DNA of 64,000 nt from Eledone cirrhosa (taxonomy: Eukaryota): the NCBI GenBank assembly GCA_964016885.1, contig OZ024747.1, positions 19,468,001 through 19,532,000 on the forward strand, written 5' to 3'. The translations under genes were made by a program, and so were the position numbers. The first letter of the stretch is position 1; every line of letters starts with the position of its first letter. The notes under the pieces are model-generated. The model was given only the letters and a program-made list of their open reading frames with translations, was not told where the DNA came from and did not search any database. Below, piece by piece: positions 14,147 to 32,968 of this stretch.

Positions 14147-15219
14147 CGCATACATACCTTCATTGAGGTTTATTGCTAAATCAAAGATATATTGACTGGT
14201 ACGTAATACCTAAAATTGACAAGAAGAACATTTGAAACACACAAACACTGATAGAGATTAATAGAGAAAAACAAAGCATTTTATACACATACAGAGAGAA
14301 TGAGAAGGAGTGCGGTAGAAAATGAGAGATACAAACAGAATGACATATAATGTAAGAGAGTAGGATAGACAGAACTGTCTCAGAATAGTTAAATCTTCTA
14401 TAGCAATATTCTGTTTAATTAAGCTGTACTCCCTCTTGCATTTAGAGCACAGTTCAACATTAACATGCTGGCATACAAACACATATGCACACATACATAC
14501 GTGTACAGACACAAACATATACACTAGCAGGAAAAAAACAAACGTATTTATTGAAAATCCCAAAGATTTTAGTGAATGTTTCTGTAAACATTCCAAATTA
14601 TTTAATTAATAAATTTTAATTTCATTTTCATTTTATTGTTCATTTTTTCGATGTTTTCTTTCCAATATTTTCTTTTGTATTCTTATTAAAATATACTTTG
14701 ATTGTTAAACGTAAATTACTAATATATAAATAAATAAACTATAATTTATTTCTCTTAACTTTACTACAAATTCTTCAATGATATCAACAACATCGTCTTC
14801 CTCAGTCAAAATATCCTCATCTGAGTAATAACTCTCTTCCCTCTTCTCTATACCATCACCACCACCACCACCATCCTCCTCCTCCTGCTCCCCATTCTTC
14901 TCTCCTCCTCCTCCTCCTCCTCCACCTCCTCCTCCTCCTCCTTTTCATCATCATCATCATCATCATCATTATCATTATCACCCTCGTTATGATCGTATTT
15001 ATCTAAATATAATATCTTTTGCAAAATTGAAATCCAAATATATGGTTATATATGACCCCCCCTCCGTATGTATGTATATATATATATATCCATACATATA
15101 TATACATACATACGGTATACATATATATATGTATATATATATGTATACATATATCAAACAGTGAGTGTGTTCTGTTATTAATTCTGGCAGTATTACACAA
15201 ATATGACCCTCCCCAAGTA

Positions 15220-15256
<37 letters not shown>

Positions 15257-15259
<3 letters not shown>

Positions 15260-15591
15260 TTTTGAGTTTATGTTGGTTGTATACCAACACCTCAGTATGC
15301 AGGCTGGAGCACTCGACGAAGTGCGCAGGTTGGTTTGGTTACTCCGGAGTAGTGTAAAATAAAGTTAAATAAAAGTCAAATGATTAAAATTTAGCTTCGT
15401 TTATTACTGCTATATATATTTCAGTGACAGCCATCTTTGGCTGTGACCTCTTCAGTATATATATATATATAATTAGTATGGTAATTCAAACTGCCTGAAG
15501 AGGTCACAGCCAAAGATGGCTGTCACTGAAATATATATAGCAGTAATAAACGAAGCTAAATTTTAATCATTTGACTTTTATTTAACTTTAT

Positions 15592-15592
<1 letters not shown>
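15257..15592. mobile_element. PLE-derived foldback element: ~100-bp arms 15357-15455 / 15495-15592
   Basis: Near-perfect inverted arms separated by (TA)n plus ~24 nt; single-copy tail 15257-15355; flanked by (TA)n. Confidence 0.8.
15490..15544 (+). ncRNA. Minimal type I hammerhead ribozyme
   Basis: Stem I actgc/gcagt, CUGAAGA, ~10-bp stem II gtcacagcca/tggctgtcac with one mismatch, GAAAU-AUAU-AUA palindromic stem III. Confidence 0.85.
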
Positions 15593-15622
<30 letters not shown>

Positions 15623-16149
15623 GTCGGGTCACTCTTGAGTGCTACTGGTAAGATGTAACCCAGTACAACCCGTCGCAGGGTCGGGTGGTCGGCGACTAAA
15701 CCGGCAACCACATCAAGTTTACTTGGTAAGGAGGGTGATTTTGGACACCCTGCAGGACAAAAAACAAAACATGACAAAGGGTAGAACTCATAAGAGTCAA
15801 CGGCTATCGAAAAGTGTGTAAATATGTATATACACATGTACCGTGCGGTTAAACCACTTGGAGTGAAGGACCCCTAGTCTATGTCAGGGGATTCTTCTAG
15901 GAGAAGGCAACACAGGAAACTAGGATAACTCCGATATAAAAGCTGCGGCTCAGTTACCGCCGATGATGTTGATCTTTTCTTCTTTTCAGGTTAATGCTAC
16001 TGTCGGTCAGAGAGTGGGATTGGCTCAGTGCACAGTCTTTCCTCACTTTAAAAAAGATCTTCACGCACATTGTACGATAAAATTAATTAATAATTATTAA
16101 TAATGGTATATCGTGCAATGGCCATACTCGATAACGAGGGGGCAGCCAT

Positions 16150-16151
<2 letters not shown>
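15623..16151 (+). mobile_element. Non-autonomous element with RTE-like 5'UTR motifs and a hairpin 3' end (family B)
   Basis: ctaggagaagg motif shared with 16720-16735 (-); its 3' end tggccatactcgataacgagggggcagccatca recurs at 37322-37353; 5' motifs recur at 43935-44015 and 42372-42412. The RTE link is recalled, not searched. Confidence 0.5.
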
Positions 16152-16180
<29 letters not shown>

Positions 16181-16182
<2 letters not shown>

Positions 16183-16328
16183 CGAAGGAAATGTGGTAAG
16201 GAACCAGGTGGACCATAACGCACCAAAGTACTCAATACTTAGGGTAGTAGAGTGGGTAATAGGAACAAGTAAGACCCCGACGGCTGAGCTCAAGCCGTTT
16301 CGACGGCTAATTCTGGACGCGAGTCCAG

Positions 16329-16332
<4 letters not shown>
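16181..16332 (-). mobile_element. PLE terminal-repeat fragment, family C (3' half of HHR + tail)
   Basis: Reverse complement of 53473-53610; shares tagccgtcGAAACGGCTtgagctcAGCCGTCggggt with 48269-48304. Confidence 0.8.
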
Positions 16333-16371
<39 letters not shown>

Positions 16372-16376
<5 letters not shown>

Positions 16377-16773
16377 TGGCTGCCAACTCGTTTTCGAGTA
16401 TGGCCACTACTTTATATCCATGTAGGAGAACCCCCACCGATGCGCTGCACGAGTGTGACTTCTTAGTCCAGCTAGCGACTTGAAAACTCTGGTACAAACA
16501 CTACACTTGTGACAATTATTGACACAGTGCTGGGCCCATCGTACCATGTGACGACAGGTGCACAGAGATAAAGCAATGCTTGTGCCGTGAAGCTTTTATA
16601 GTGAGCAAAGGCACTGCACAAAGCCAGTCCCACTCTCTTAACCAAGATGATATTTACCAAAAAGAAGAACAAGTCATCATCATTGGATACCATCAGAGTT
16701 GCAGGTATTATATCAGAGTTTTCCTTCTCCTAGAATTCTGCCTTGACAAAGGCTAAGGGGTCATCTCTCCCGG
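16372..16773 (-). mobile_element. Family B-related non-autonomous element, diverged subfamily
   Basis: Minus strand ctaggagaaggaaaactctgatata...tggccatactcgaaaacgagttggcagccacca then (TA)n. Confidence 0.5.
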
Positions 16774-16797
16774 ATATATATATATATATATAACACA

Positions 16798-17864
<1,067 letters not shown>

Positions 17865-17883
17865 TATAAATATATATATACAC

Positions 17884-17958
<75 letters not shown>

Positions 17959-18135
17959 TGAAGAATAACATGGTTGACAGTACAAACAAGGATATTTGTA
18001 CAAGTGTAGTCATAAAATCGACACCAATGTAAACCTCTTGTTCAGTCACACAGCACCGTACGCTTTAACTGTCCATGATAAATAGTTTTCACAGACTCTT
18101 ATCGGATTACCTTTAACAATTTATTGTTATCCTAC

Positions 18136-18179
<44 letters not shown>

Positions 18180-18193
18180 GTATATATAGGGTT

Positions 18194-19130
<937 letters not shown>

Positions 19131-19373
19131 GAAACAACCACCAAGGTTCAATACATTAATATATTATATAATTGAGTTACATATGTTTCATTCAGCTACA
19201 AAGTATGTAGCATTTAATTCCTTTGTAGAAAAATCTTCATAATCAGTACATATTATAGAAAATATATTTAAGTTATTCATTCATCAATCCCAAATATAGA
19301 CATATCTGTTGAAACATACCCGTTTATATCAAGAATATTGTAACACAAATACAATTAGGAAATATATATGTGC

Positions 19374-19407
<34 letters not shown>

Positions 19408-19413
<6 letters not shown>

Positions 19414-20192
19414 AATTAAAAAGAACAGAAAGATGCAGTAAAAGAGATTTATTCGGTTCTTACGTATGTTTCAATAGACATCTATTTGCCTAGATCTATC
19501 AACGTCTACCATCTCTCTAGCACACACACATAGTTGGACTAGTCCATATCTAGACTTCGGCAGTATTGGGAGAGGGTCGGACGCCATGCTTTAACGTATA
19601 GAGTTACGGCCCTTGCCATTCTGAGTTCAAATCCCGCCGAGGTTAACTTTGCCTTTCATCCTTACGGGGTCGATAAAATAAAGTACCAGTAATGCACTGG
19701 GTAATTGCTGGCCTTGTGCCTAACGTAGAAACAATTATCATATTTTATCCTCCCCTCTGTTTTACCTCAACAACTATGAAAACCCCCCCTATCTCTCTCG
19801 TCTTTGTCACATCCTCCTTCTTCTCTACTTCAACTTCACATGAATTCCTATAAAAACCTGAACATTCTGGTGCGGTAAACATAATCTCTGATGATATGGA
19901 ATCGATTGTGCATTGGATATCGAATGCTCTACTAAATATATAATATTATAGATGTAGCGAGATCTAGGCAAATAGATGTCTATTGAAACGTACGTAAGAA
20001 CCGAATAAATCTCTTTTACTGCATCTTTCTGTTCTTTTTAATTCTTTATACACGCCCCGGAATATAGCTAAACTGGAATATACACCTTTTTTCTGCATTT
20101 CGTTGAGCACCACTCTGTTGTAAGCTGACATTCCACTACACGGTACATAACACTGTGTCCTGGAAAACATTAATGCACTCGTGCATAACCAA
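19408..20192 (+). mobile_element. Foldback element, arms 19408-19497 / 19955-20050, with a SINE in the spacer
   Basis: Inverted ~90-bp arms; GAAACGUACGUA motif at 19985-19996; tail to ~20192 then (TA)n. Confidence 0.7.
19557..19738 (+). mobile_element. SINE family A
   Basis: Near full-length match to the other copies. Confidence 0.9.
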
Positions 20193-20364
20193 TTATATAT
20201 ATATATATATATATTTTGGAAATTAGCGAAAAACAACTTCCGAGATGTGTGGCAAGCGCTCCATAGAAGCTAGTGAACTAGAGCTACAACATAAGTTAAA
20301 AGGCCAAACACACTGAGACTATGGTTAAACCATTATCCGCACAGCCATAGAAACGGCCAAGTAA

Positions 20365-20414
<50 letters not shown>

Positions 20415-20466
20415 TATATATATATATATTATATTATATATATATATAATATAATATAAATATATA

Positions 20467-20506
<40 letters not shown>

Positions 20507-20537
20507 AATATAATATATATATATCTAATATAATATA

Positions 20538-20629
<92 letters not shown>

Positions 20630-20790
20630 ATATATATATATATAATATAATATATATATAATATATATATATATAATATAATATATATATATATAATATA
20701 ATATATATATATATAATATAATATATATATATATAATATAATATATATATATATAATATAATATATATATATATAATATATATATATATA

Positions 20791-20836
<46 letters not shown>

Positions 20837-22064
20837 TAGATATTTAGAGAGAGACCGAGGAGATCACTAATCTTGGGAGTACCTCTCTCTCCTATTTGTC
20901 TAACAATATTCTTGATATGGTATTTCGATACTTTAGGGGGAGGGGGTCACGCTGCTAATTAAAACACACACACACAAATTCGCTTTCCCGTTGCTTATAC
21001 CATTAGCGAGGTACCTAATTCATTACACGTTTAGTTTAGTAACAAGATGGTTATTTAAGTTTCAACTTTCATTCTCACTGACTGTTCCTGCCTCTAAGTT
21101 TAAAGGATGTTTTAACAGTTGTAATGTTGCATTTCTCAGTATCAGTAGGCGGTAATCCCTGTATAGGTCTTAACGTTGTTTTCTTCCATTGTCCGTCTTC
21201 TGTGCGCCCCCTATTTTGAATTTATATTCTAAAGATTTCGTCATGCATGTTTATTTTGAGACTGTACAATATATATATAAATTACAGTAGGAGAATAAAC
21301 AACATTTGATATATATATATATACAGAAAGAGATAGAGATAGATAGAGATAGATAGAGATAGTTAGATAGATAGATAGAGATAGATAGAGAGAGGGGGAG
21401 AGAGAGAAGCAGTGAGAGAGAGAGATAGTGGCGTGTGTGATTGTAATGTTATTCTAATTAAAACACCATGATAATTATTAATATATAATTTGATTGTAAA
21501 TGAAAAGTATGATAAGATTTAAACCATTGGAAATTAACAAAAAACAAAAACATTCCATGAAATGCACGAAGGAAAAAACCACGAGAACAGCCTACACTCA
21601 CAAACATGCATACATATTGAAATAAAGAAACAATTTTCATCTATTATAATTAAACAAATCTTTTAATTTTCTCTCTGCAAATGTGGCCAGTGTATAAAAA
21701 TACAAGAAACATAACTAGGCACATTAATAAAATACTCTATTAAATAGGGAATATATAGATTTAAATAGTTTAATTTTTGTGCTGAATTTCCTTCAGTTTT
21801 AATTCAAATTTCCCTCAAATCATTTATTGTTTTCGTTATTTTTTCCATATTATTCTGTGTTCTTGTTCTTATTTGGTTGCTTTTACTCTACCTGTGCATT
21901 TAATGTGTTCTGTTCTGGTTTTACTGTTATTCTGTTATTCTGTTATATCATTCAGCTGTCACAAGGTCTCCGATTTTCTACTCTCTCTTTAAACGCATAC
22001 CTACAAACACGCACATACACAATTATATATATACACACACACACACACATAAATATATATATAT

Positions 22065-22098
22065 TTAGAAGAAAAAATGCATATACACATACCAGGAT

Positions 22099-22137
<39 letters not shown>

Positions 22138-22449
22138 TGTATATATATATATATATGTAATCCTAGTATGTGTATATGCATTTTTTCTTCTAACTTTAAT
22201 TTTATATCTAATTGTGTATGGTTGACGGTATATTTAATCGATTTCCACGTGCTATTGAAATGTTGGGTAAATATTCTATAGCGTTTGATCGCGAATAGAT
22301 GGCTGTCGTTTATTTATCTATTATTTCTTCATAAGTGCCTTTTAATCTTATAGCGTGGTTTAATTGTTTTTTTGTGTGGTTGATTATGCTAATTGGGAGA
22401 GGAAATGGTGTATATATATTATCAAATGATTATATGGACATATTTTATA

Positions 22450-22450
<1 letters not shown>
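22065..22450 (+). mobile_element. Insert with ~36-bp inverted arms around a (TA)n core; 3' end shared with 13046-13130
   Basis: ttagaagaaaaaatgcatatacacataccaggattaca / tgtaatcctagtatgtgtatatgcattttttcttctaa; gtggttgattatgct.attgggagaggaaatggtg occurs twice in the window. Confidence 0.6.
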
Positions 22451-22515
<65 letters not shown>

Positions 22516-22918
22516 TGGGAAATGTGTGAAATCCTTGGTAGAGTTAGGTATATTTGAAAAAAGGAAAAGAATTACTTCACTTGTAGGTGTAAACAATTTG
22601 ATTTTATTTTATATTATGATTTGGTATATATATATATATATATATGTACACATGCACACACACATACACACATATACACACACACAGATATTTGTGTATG
22701 TATATATACCCGCCAATATGTATGAGTTTATTCGGTCGAAGAAGATAAATTTCATTGATACTCTAACTGTTAATTGCATGAGGAATTATACATGGCTAGA
22801 ATCTCTGAGTCGCCACTGCTTTTACTTCTAAGTTGAAACGAATACACACACGGACGGACACACAGATACACAACCACATACATACACACACGCACACATA
22901 TATGTATATATATATATA

Positions 22919-23287
<369 letters not shown>

Positions 23288-24115
23288 CGTTCGTATGTGT
23301 ATAGATTGAGATACATACACGTGCGCATTTGCGTATAAACTTTAATCTTCCCTTCGAATTAGATTTTGCATCGTATTTTTTGTAAATTTTTTTATCTATT
23401 GTTGATGCTTTTACTTTTAGCATTTGAAACGATTCGAGAACTCCTCACTACTATGTCCACACTAATTACCGATGCTACCAAATACTATATAACTATATAT
23501 TTGATATATCATTAGTTTTTATTCATGTATGTTCTATTGGCAATATAATTATGTAGATCGTGTGATTAAATAATGTTGCTGGTATCATTTCCATCTCTTC
23601 ACCTAAGGTTCTCTGTGTTAATTTTCCATCTTTAATATTGTCCTTGCCCCAGTATTCATTTAGCTTTAATTCTAGATCTGGTGAAATTGTCGTCGGAAAA
23701 TTCCTGATAGCAGACATGTTACCTCTCCCTCCTCGTCCGACGGGGAGATCTCACACCAACTTTCGTGTGGGTAAGAGATGTCTACTCTTATGAAAATTGG
23801 TATAGCTTTCATTATGTAAAATCTCCCCATTTTGCCTCATGTTATCCTGTTTTGGGGCACTTTTTTTCATGGTACACCTCGTTTTGGATTTTAGAGTTGG
23901 GCAGGTCTATGATAGTAAGATGAATAAAAGGATACTTTAAATAAAAATTAAATATTTGTGTATGAATATACGTATTATCTTTTTACATCTGATTGCAGTG
24001 CGGAATATTTCATAGTGTTTTAATGCAATGGGTATGTATTTTTGTCAGTTCATTTTATTTTAGAAACGTTTGGTTATCTGCGTTTAGGTTTCGTTATGTT
24101 TTGTTTCTTGGCTGG

Positions 24116-24168
<53 letters not shown>

Positions 24169-24268
24169 AAGGTATGGTAAGTTACCAGGTGGACCATAAC
24201 GCATCAGAGCACTCAATAATTAGGTTAGTACATATATACATATACATATATACATATATATATGTGTG

Positions 24269-24323
<55 letters not shown>

Positions 24324-24749
24324 TTATACTGTCTATTAAGTTTTTGGCAGAAATGTTACGGCGTCGGACACGCCTGTCTGTGTCCCTTCTCAATTCAAAT
24401 CATGATGAGTTTCTTTTGTATTTAATAGCCCCAGGTTCGGGAAAAACAAGTATTGAGATACAGTTTGGTTCACAAATGACTTTAAAACATCTTACCATAG
24501 ACTAGAGGCTGATTACTTAATCTTTTGTATTGTTTTAGATAAACATTCATACATTCGATTATAAATTTGTGAATATTGATATATTATGTCGTAAAAATAT
24601 AATTACCAAACATATTATGGCTTGATTTATTGTGGTTATTAACTATTTAATACTTATTAAGAATTATTTGTGTTAAAAGAATATTAGTGATTGCTTATTC
24701 TAATCAAAATGGTGAATTATATATGTAGTTTAGAATCTTAGATAACATT

Positions 24750-25440
24750 TTACTTAGTTTCTGATAAAATGGTGTAAATCAGTTATGCCAACATTTGTAA
24801 AGAGGATGGTCCAATTTCAAAGAATAATTGCATATATTCCAATAGAACTATTTGGATGCTGTAAAAATGTTTTTAGTTCATAGAACATAGTATGTTTATT
24901 AAATCTTCGAACTCCCGGTAACTTTCCTTTGATCTTTCCTACAACAATTCCTTTCTTTCTGCAATATCAGCGTGATGGCTTTTCCATGCTTTTCAATTGT
25001 TCTTGTTTTCCACAGGGAATCTCATATATGAAAGAACGTTTACATAGAAGCGCTTCAAGTTCTCTTAAGATATTTACTTTCCAAACAGTAATTTCATTAT
25101 ATCTTTAGTATTCCTAATATTCGTGTTCATAATAATAGAGTTAGTGAAACATTTCAGGAGCAGTTATTTTGCCATAGTCTCTATTTGTCATTATGTCCGC
25201 TTGTTTTGTTTTTAATATATCAATTTCTGCTGAAATCTTTGTTATGAATATTGCAAATTTCCCCATTTTCTCTCTTATGTTTTTAACTAAGAATAAGTGA
25301 CTTTTTTTGAGATCTTGTTCTTAGCTTTAGCCGTTCTTTGCTTGTATGTTGTACGGATTTGGAAGACCACTTTAGTTTTTTTGCAGTAATATTAATTACG
25401 CTCACATAATTTGTGTTGCTTAGAATTACCTTAATCGTTT
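24750..25440 (-). pseudogene. Possible heavily deleted PLE coding remnant
   Basis: Minus-strand peptides KQAD..MTNRDY and IYEIPCG resemble a PLE RT N-terminus and a GIY-YIG start; many stops. Confidence 0.3.
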
Positions 25441-25601
25441 GGTTTCATTAAAGGTAAACGTGGGTGCAGTAGTGACTACTGAAGAGACATGTGGAGAAAA
25501 AAAAAGAAAGACAAGATCAGAGCGGGAGAACATTACTTTGCAAATATAATATAGCACATGAAACGCATAACGGAATATATGTAGTCAGGAAAACATGCGT
25601 A

Positions 25602-25711
25602 GTCGGCGAATTGGTAGATTCATTAGAACATCGGATTGAATGCATTGTCGTATTCTTTTCTCCTTTCTGTTTTGACATCAAATCCCGCTGAGGTCAACTT
25701 TGCCTTTCATT
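25602..25711 (+). mobile_element. Old, partial SINE family A-related copy
   Basis: tcaaatcccgctgaggtcaactttgcctttcat. Confidence 0.6.
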
Positions 25712-25729
25712 TTAAGAGTAACGGAGTCG

Positions 25730-27037
<1,308 letters not shown>

Positions 27038-27120
27038 TCTCTTTTACTCTTTTACTCTTTTACCTGTTTCAGCCATCCGACTGAGGCCATGCTGGGGCAC
27101 CGCCCTTGCTGCTACACACT

Positions 27121-28710
27121 TTATCTCCAGCCTGTATAGGTTGGCCACTGGTGTAGGAGGGAGTTTGTTGCTGCTGCCCTTAGGTTTCCCTCGTGTCTTG
27201 CTGTGGGCTCATCCGGGATCCTGGATAACAAGGTGTCGAGATGTTTCTTAAAGACATCCACCTCCACGTCATGCAAGTCTCGCAGATGCCTCGGCAGCCT
27301 GTTGAAGAGTTGAGGGCCCTTGAATCCCAGGCTATTGCAATACCTGCTCCTTATTCTAGATGTGGAAGACGGGACCTTTGGCACCACACAGTGACGTCCT
27401 GTTCGACGGTTGGTCCAGCTCCCAATGCCAAAGTTTGGTGCTAGTCCCTCCAGGATTTTCCACATGTAGATCACTGCGTATCTCTCCCGTCTTCGCTCCA
27501 AGGAGTAGAGGTTCAGTTCCTTCAGCCTCTCCCAGTAGCTTGTCTCCCTCATCTTGGCAATCCTCTTGGTGCAGCTTCGCTGGATTGCCTCAAGCTCTGT
27601 GGTTAGTTTGACACTATGGGGTGACCACAGCTGGGAGCAGTAGTCCAGGCGGCTTAGGACAAAAGTCCTCCACAGTGTCAACATGGTGTCTCGATCTCTT
27701 GTAAGGAAAGTCCTCAAGATCCAGCCAGCGAATCGTCTACATGCTGTCGCCACCTTCATGATGTGTGAAGAAAAAGATGCATCATCGCTCATGTCTATGC
27801 CCAGGTCTCGTATCGATTTTGACACGGGGATATCGGTCCCTCCTGGTCCTGTGTAGCTGTGTTCCGCTATATTTGTGTTTGTGTTTGCAGGTTTGTATTG
27901 TAGGGCTTGGAATTTGCCAGCATTAAACTGCATGTTGTTTTCTTCCGCCCATCTGTATATGGCATCCAGATCCTGCTGTAAGAGGGCAGTGTCAGCCGGG
28001 TTTTTGATTGCCTGTGCTACCTTAGTGTCATCAGCATAGCTAGTGAGGGATGTTGTTGCATGCACCACAGAGGGCATGTCCGAGAGAGCCACCAAAAACA
28101 GTAGTGGTCCCAGGACTGTCCCCTGAGGCACCCCACTTGTTATCGGTGTTTCCCTCGAGAGAGCCCCATTTGCTGCGACTGCCTGGCTTCTGTCCCTCAG
28201 GAAGCCATGCAGCCACTCACCTACTTTTCCAGTTATGCCGAGTCCGTGTAGTTTGTGACATATCATTCCGTGGTCGACCTTGTCAAAGGCCTTCGCAAAG
28301 TCAAGATATATCACGTCTACATGTGAGCTGTCTAGTAGCTGTCTCAGTACCCAGTCGTAGTGATGTAGCAGCTGTGTAAGGCAGCTTCTTCCTGGGCGGA
28401 AGCCATGTTGCGTGCTAGTCAGGCGGTCATTTTCTTCGAGGAAAGTGATTAGTTTCTTTCTGACGACTCGCTCCATGACCTTACTGATATGCGACGTCAG
28501 GGAGACTGGCCTATAGTTCTTGGCCTCCGCTCTACTACCTCCTTTATGGATAGGGCATATTGTGCCTTCTTTCAGCTCCCTGGGTAGTACACCGCTAGCC
28601 AAGGAGCTTCTGAAGAGCATCTTCAGTGGAGTTGCTAAGGCCCGCTTACATATTTTTAGGAGAACTGCTGGGAATCCATCAGGTCCAGCAGCCGAGTCTG
28701 TACACCACAT
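27121..28710 (-). pseudogene. RT domain and C-terminus of the LINE ORF2 (529-aa open segment)
   Basis: Complete set of RT motifs in the ORF track. Confidence 0.9.
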
Positions 28711-28842
28711 CCTCCTCCGTTATGTCTATGTGGTTGATGGTTGCCATTTCTTGATGTAGTGTTGTGGCATCAAAGAACTCCTCTGGCTTCGTTATTTGCA
28801 TGTGCCTCAGTGGACATGTGAAGACACTTTTGTACTGTTCAT

Positions 28843-30244
28843 TCAGTATTTCACATATCTCTTGGGATTTTCGGTTAATGAACCGTCCGTGTGGAAGAGT
28901 GGTCCAATCTTGCAGTGTACTGAGGCAGTTTCTTTTGCAAATTTAAAGAAGGCCTTAGGGTTTGTTTTAATGTTTTCTATGGCCCTGTTCTCTTTCCTTG
29001 CCCTCTCATTCTCATGTGAAAGCTTGAGTGCAATCTCGGTGTCAAGTAGTGCACGTTTCAAATAGGATTCCTTCTTGTTTTGGTTTTGTTGACTATTCAA
29101 CTGGTTTGAGAGTTTAGTTCTACGTCTCATAAGGATTTTCCTATCTCTGGGAATAAGATTTTTGTGTCTGTTTGCCTCTTTCTCCGGGACACACTTTTTG
29201 CATATGGTGTGTATCGTTGTCATGAAGTGTTGAAATTGTGTGTTAGTGTCTTGTGTGGCGATGTTTGCACTCCATGTTTGCTTCCGGATTTCACTCTTAA
29301 TCTTCTTCCAGTCAGCCCCGTAGAAGTTAAGGCTGGATAGCGTCCCGGAGCTTCTTGGTGGTTTTGTCTCTGTTGGTTCTCTTGGACCACATATCATTAG
29401 CTCTACCAAGTTATGATCCGAGAGAATTGTTGGTGTCACCTTTACATTGTGGATGAGCACTTCGTTGTTTGTAAAACAGAGGTCCAGGACATTTTCGCCT
29501 CTTGTTGGGAGGAGTATTGCTTGCTCCATGAACAGCCTGTGTGTGAGGGCCAGCAGGGATTCCGTCTGTCTCTGTTCTATTGACGTCATTCCAGGGAGGA
29601 GGTGGCCCTCAGGCCATTTGACCTTTGGTAGGTTGAAGTCTCCCAGCAGTAGGATGTTGAGACCCTGGTCCAGTTTGTCAAGGACCTCTTCTATCCTACT
29701 TAGGCTATCCTCAAATTTACCCTCATGACTGGGGGCATCGGGCGGCCGATATGTGACACATATTACCGTCTGTAGTTGCTTCATATGTATTATCAGTGTG
29801 TCACAGACTGAGTTTGAATGTGTCAACAGAACAATTGGTGTGACATCTTCACGGATATACAGAGCAACCCCACCATGAGTTCTCTCCTTCCTGTCCGAAC
29901 GAAATACAGTATATTTCGGTATATGTATTTCTGCATCTGCTATACTGCTTGTCAGGTGCGTTTCGGTTAGTGCCATGCATAGTGCTTGATTGCTTATGGC
30001 TAAGTCTCCCAGGTAGGAAATTTTACTCATGTTGCTGAGTTTCACCAGGCCCCTGACATTCAGCAGCAGCACTGGTGTGACTTTTGGGGTGCCAGTAATG
30101 GCTGTCGGTATGACACCTGGTCTGGTGTCAGCGGCGGCCACTCTGGGTCCCTTAACTGCGGTGGTCTCGAGTGCTGGTGTGGATGACCCTGGCTCTGGAG
30201 ACGATGCAGCCAGGTCAGCTGTCCCACAATCTTCTCGGCCATCA

Positions 30245-30246
<2 letters not shown>
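28843..30246 (-). pseudogene. AP-endonuclease half of the LINE ORF2; frame open up to the T-run with no upstream ATG
   Basis: ORF 28843..30141 extends upstream in frame ([16 protein letters not shown]...) to ttt agt. Confidence 0.85.
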
Positions 30247-30284
<38 letters not shown>

Positions 30285-30479
30285 TTTCTGATCTGCTGCT
30301 GCCATCTGTATCTCGTCGGCATGTGCGTGCCTTCTCCTTGTTGGTGCAGCACGCGCGACATCAGCATACTTCTGGAGCGGCTTATTTCGGCTTTGGCTGG
30401 GGCATGTTGCGCGAGTATGATGGGCATAGTTGGTTTGAGACCTAGGGTGGGCGAATCTGCATCCCATCCCTGTCTCTCC

Positions 30480-32238
<1,759 letters not shown>

Positions 32239-32968
32239 TTTGTCTCTCTCTTTCTCCCCTTCCCTACAAGAGAATGGCTGTGTTCAAACCCGGAGAGGAG
32301 ATAAACCCATTAGGTTTTTAAATGCCCACATCATTTAAAATATTGAAGTACGTTTTCCCTAACTCGGTGCACACATTTTGAAATATCTAAATAGCACAGT
32401 AGTGCATCTTGCCTGAGGACTGTGCACCGTGTGGTATCGTGGCTGATGCAGTGGGTGCCGGTAGCGGTTTTCCGTGGTAATCTTTTTTTGTGGAGCACAA
32501 TTAAGATATACCGCCAATATAGGGGTGTAGAGACTTCCCCTGTCCTTTTCTTTCATTATTTAATTATTTTATTTTTACTATGGAATTATTTATCATTGTT
32601 GTTCATTAAAAGAATGAACTGGTCCACAGCCAACTTCTATGGTTATCACCCCCACGAACAAACTCTTCATTCAGTAGCTTCACCAGGGCCCTAGTAGCAA
32701 ATGGTATGGATTCTGATATATTTGTTATCAATGTTTTTGTTTCACGCTTTGCTTTGGTTTAATCAATTGTACTAAATAATATTGATTCTATTTTTATTAT
32801 TGTACATCAGAATTTCCTTACTTTCATTTCAATGACCTTTTAATCTTATAGCTTTTAGGCTTCCTCCCAGGCGAACATTTAGTTGTAAGTGATCATGATA
32901 TCTAGTATACTTTGGTTCTAATATGTCATTCATACTAATAGCCAGGCGATCTCTTTGATCACTAAGTC

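Noticed and set aside
14760-14990. Acidic minus-strand peptide (SDEDILTEEDDVVDIIEEF) as a host exon
   Set aside because: Runs into GAG/GAT microsatellites with in-frame stops; no convincing splice sites or domain.
19160-19250. Minus-strand AUGAAGA...GAAACAUAUGUA motif
   Set aside because: Position 3 is wrong and stem I does not pair; likely a decayed terminal repeat.
23523-23717. 64-aa ORF as an exon or LINE ORF1 fragment
   Set aside because: No motif I can identify; needs a translated search.
24354-24402. Minus-strand UUGAGAA-ggacac/gtgtcc as a fourth U3-A8 ribozyme
   Set aside because: Followed by GACG rather than GAAAC and no convincing stem I; not counted.
32409-32468. CUGAGGA...CCGGUA hammerhead-like layout
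   Set aside because: GAAA is missing; at best a decayed remnant.
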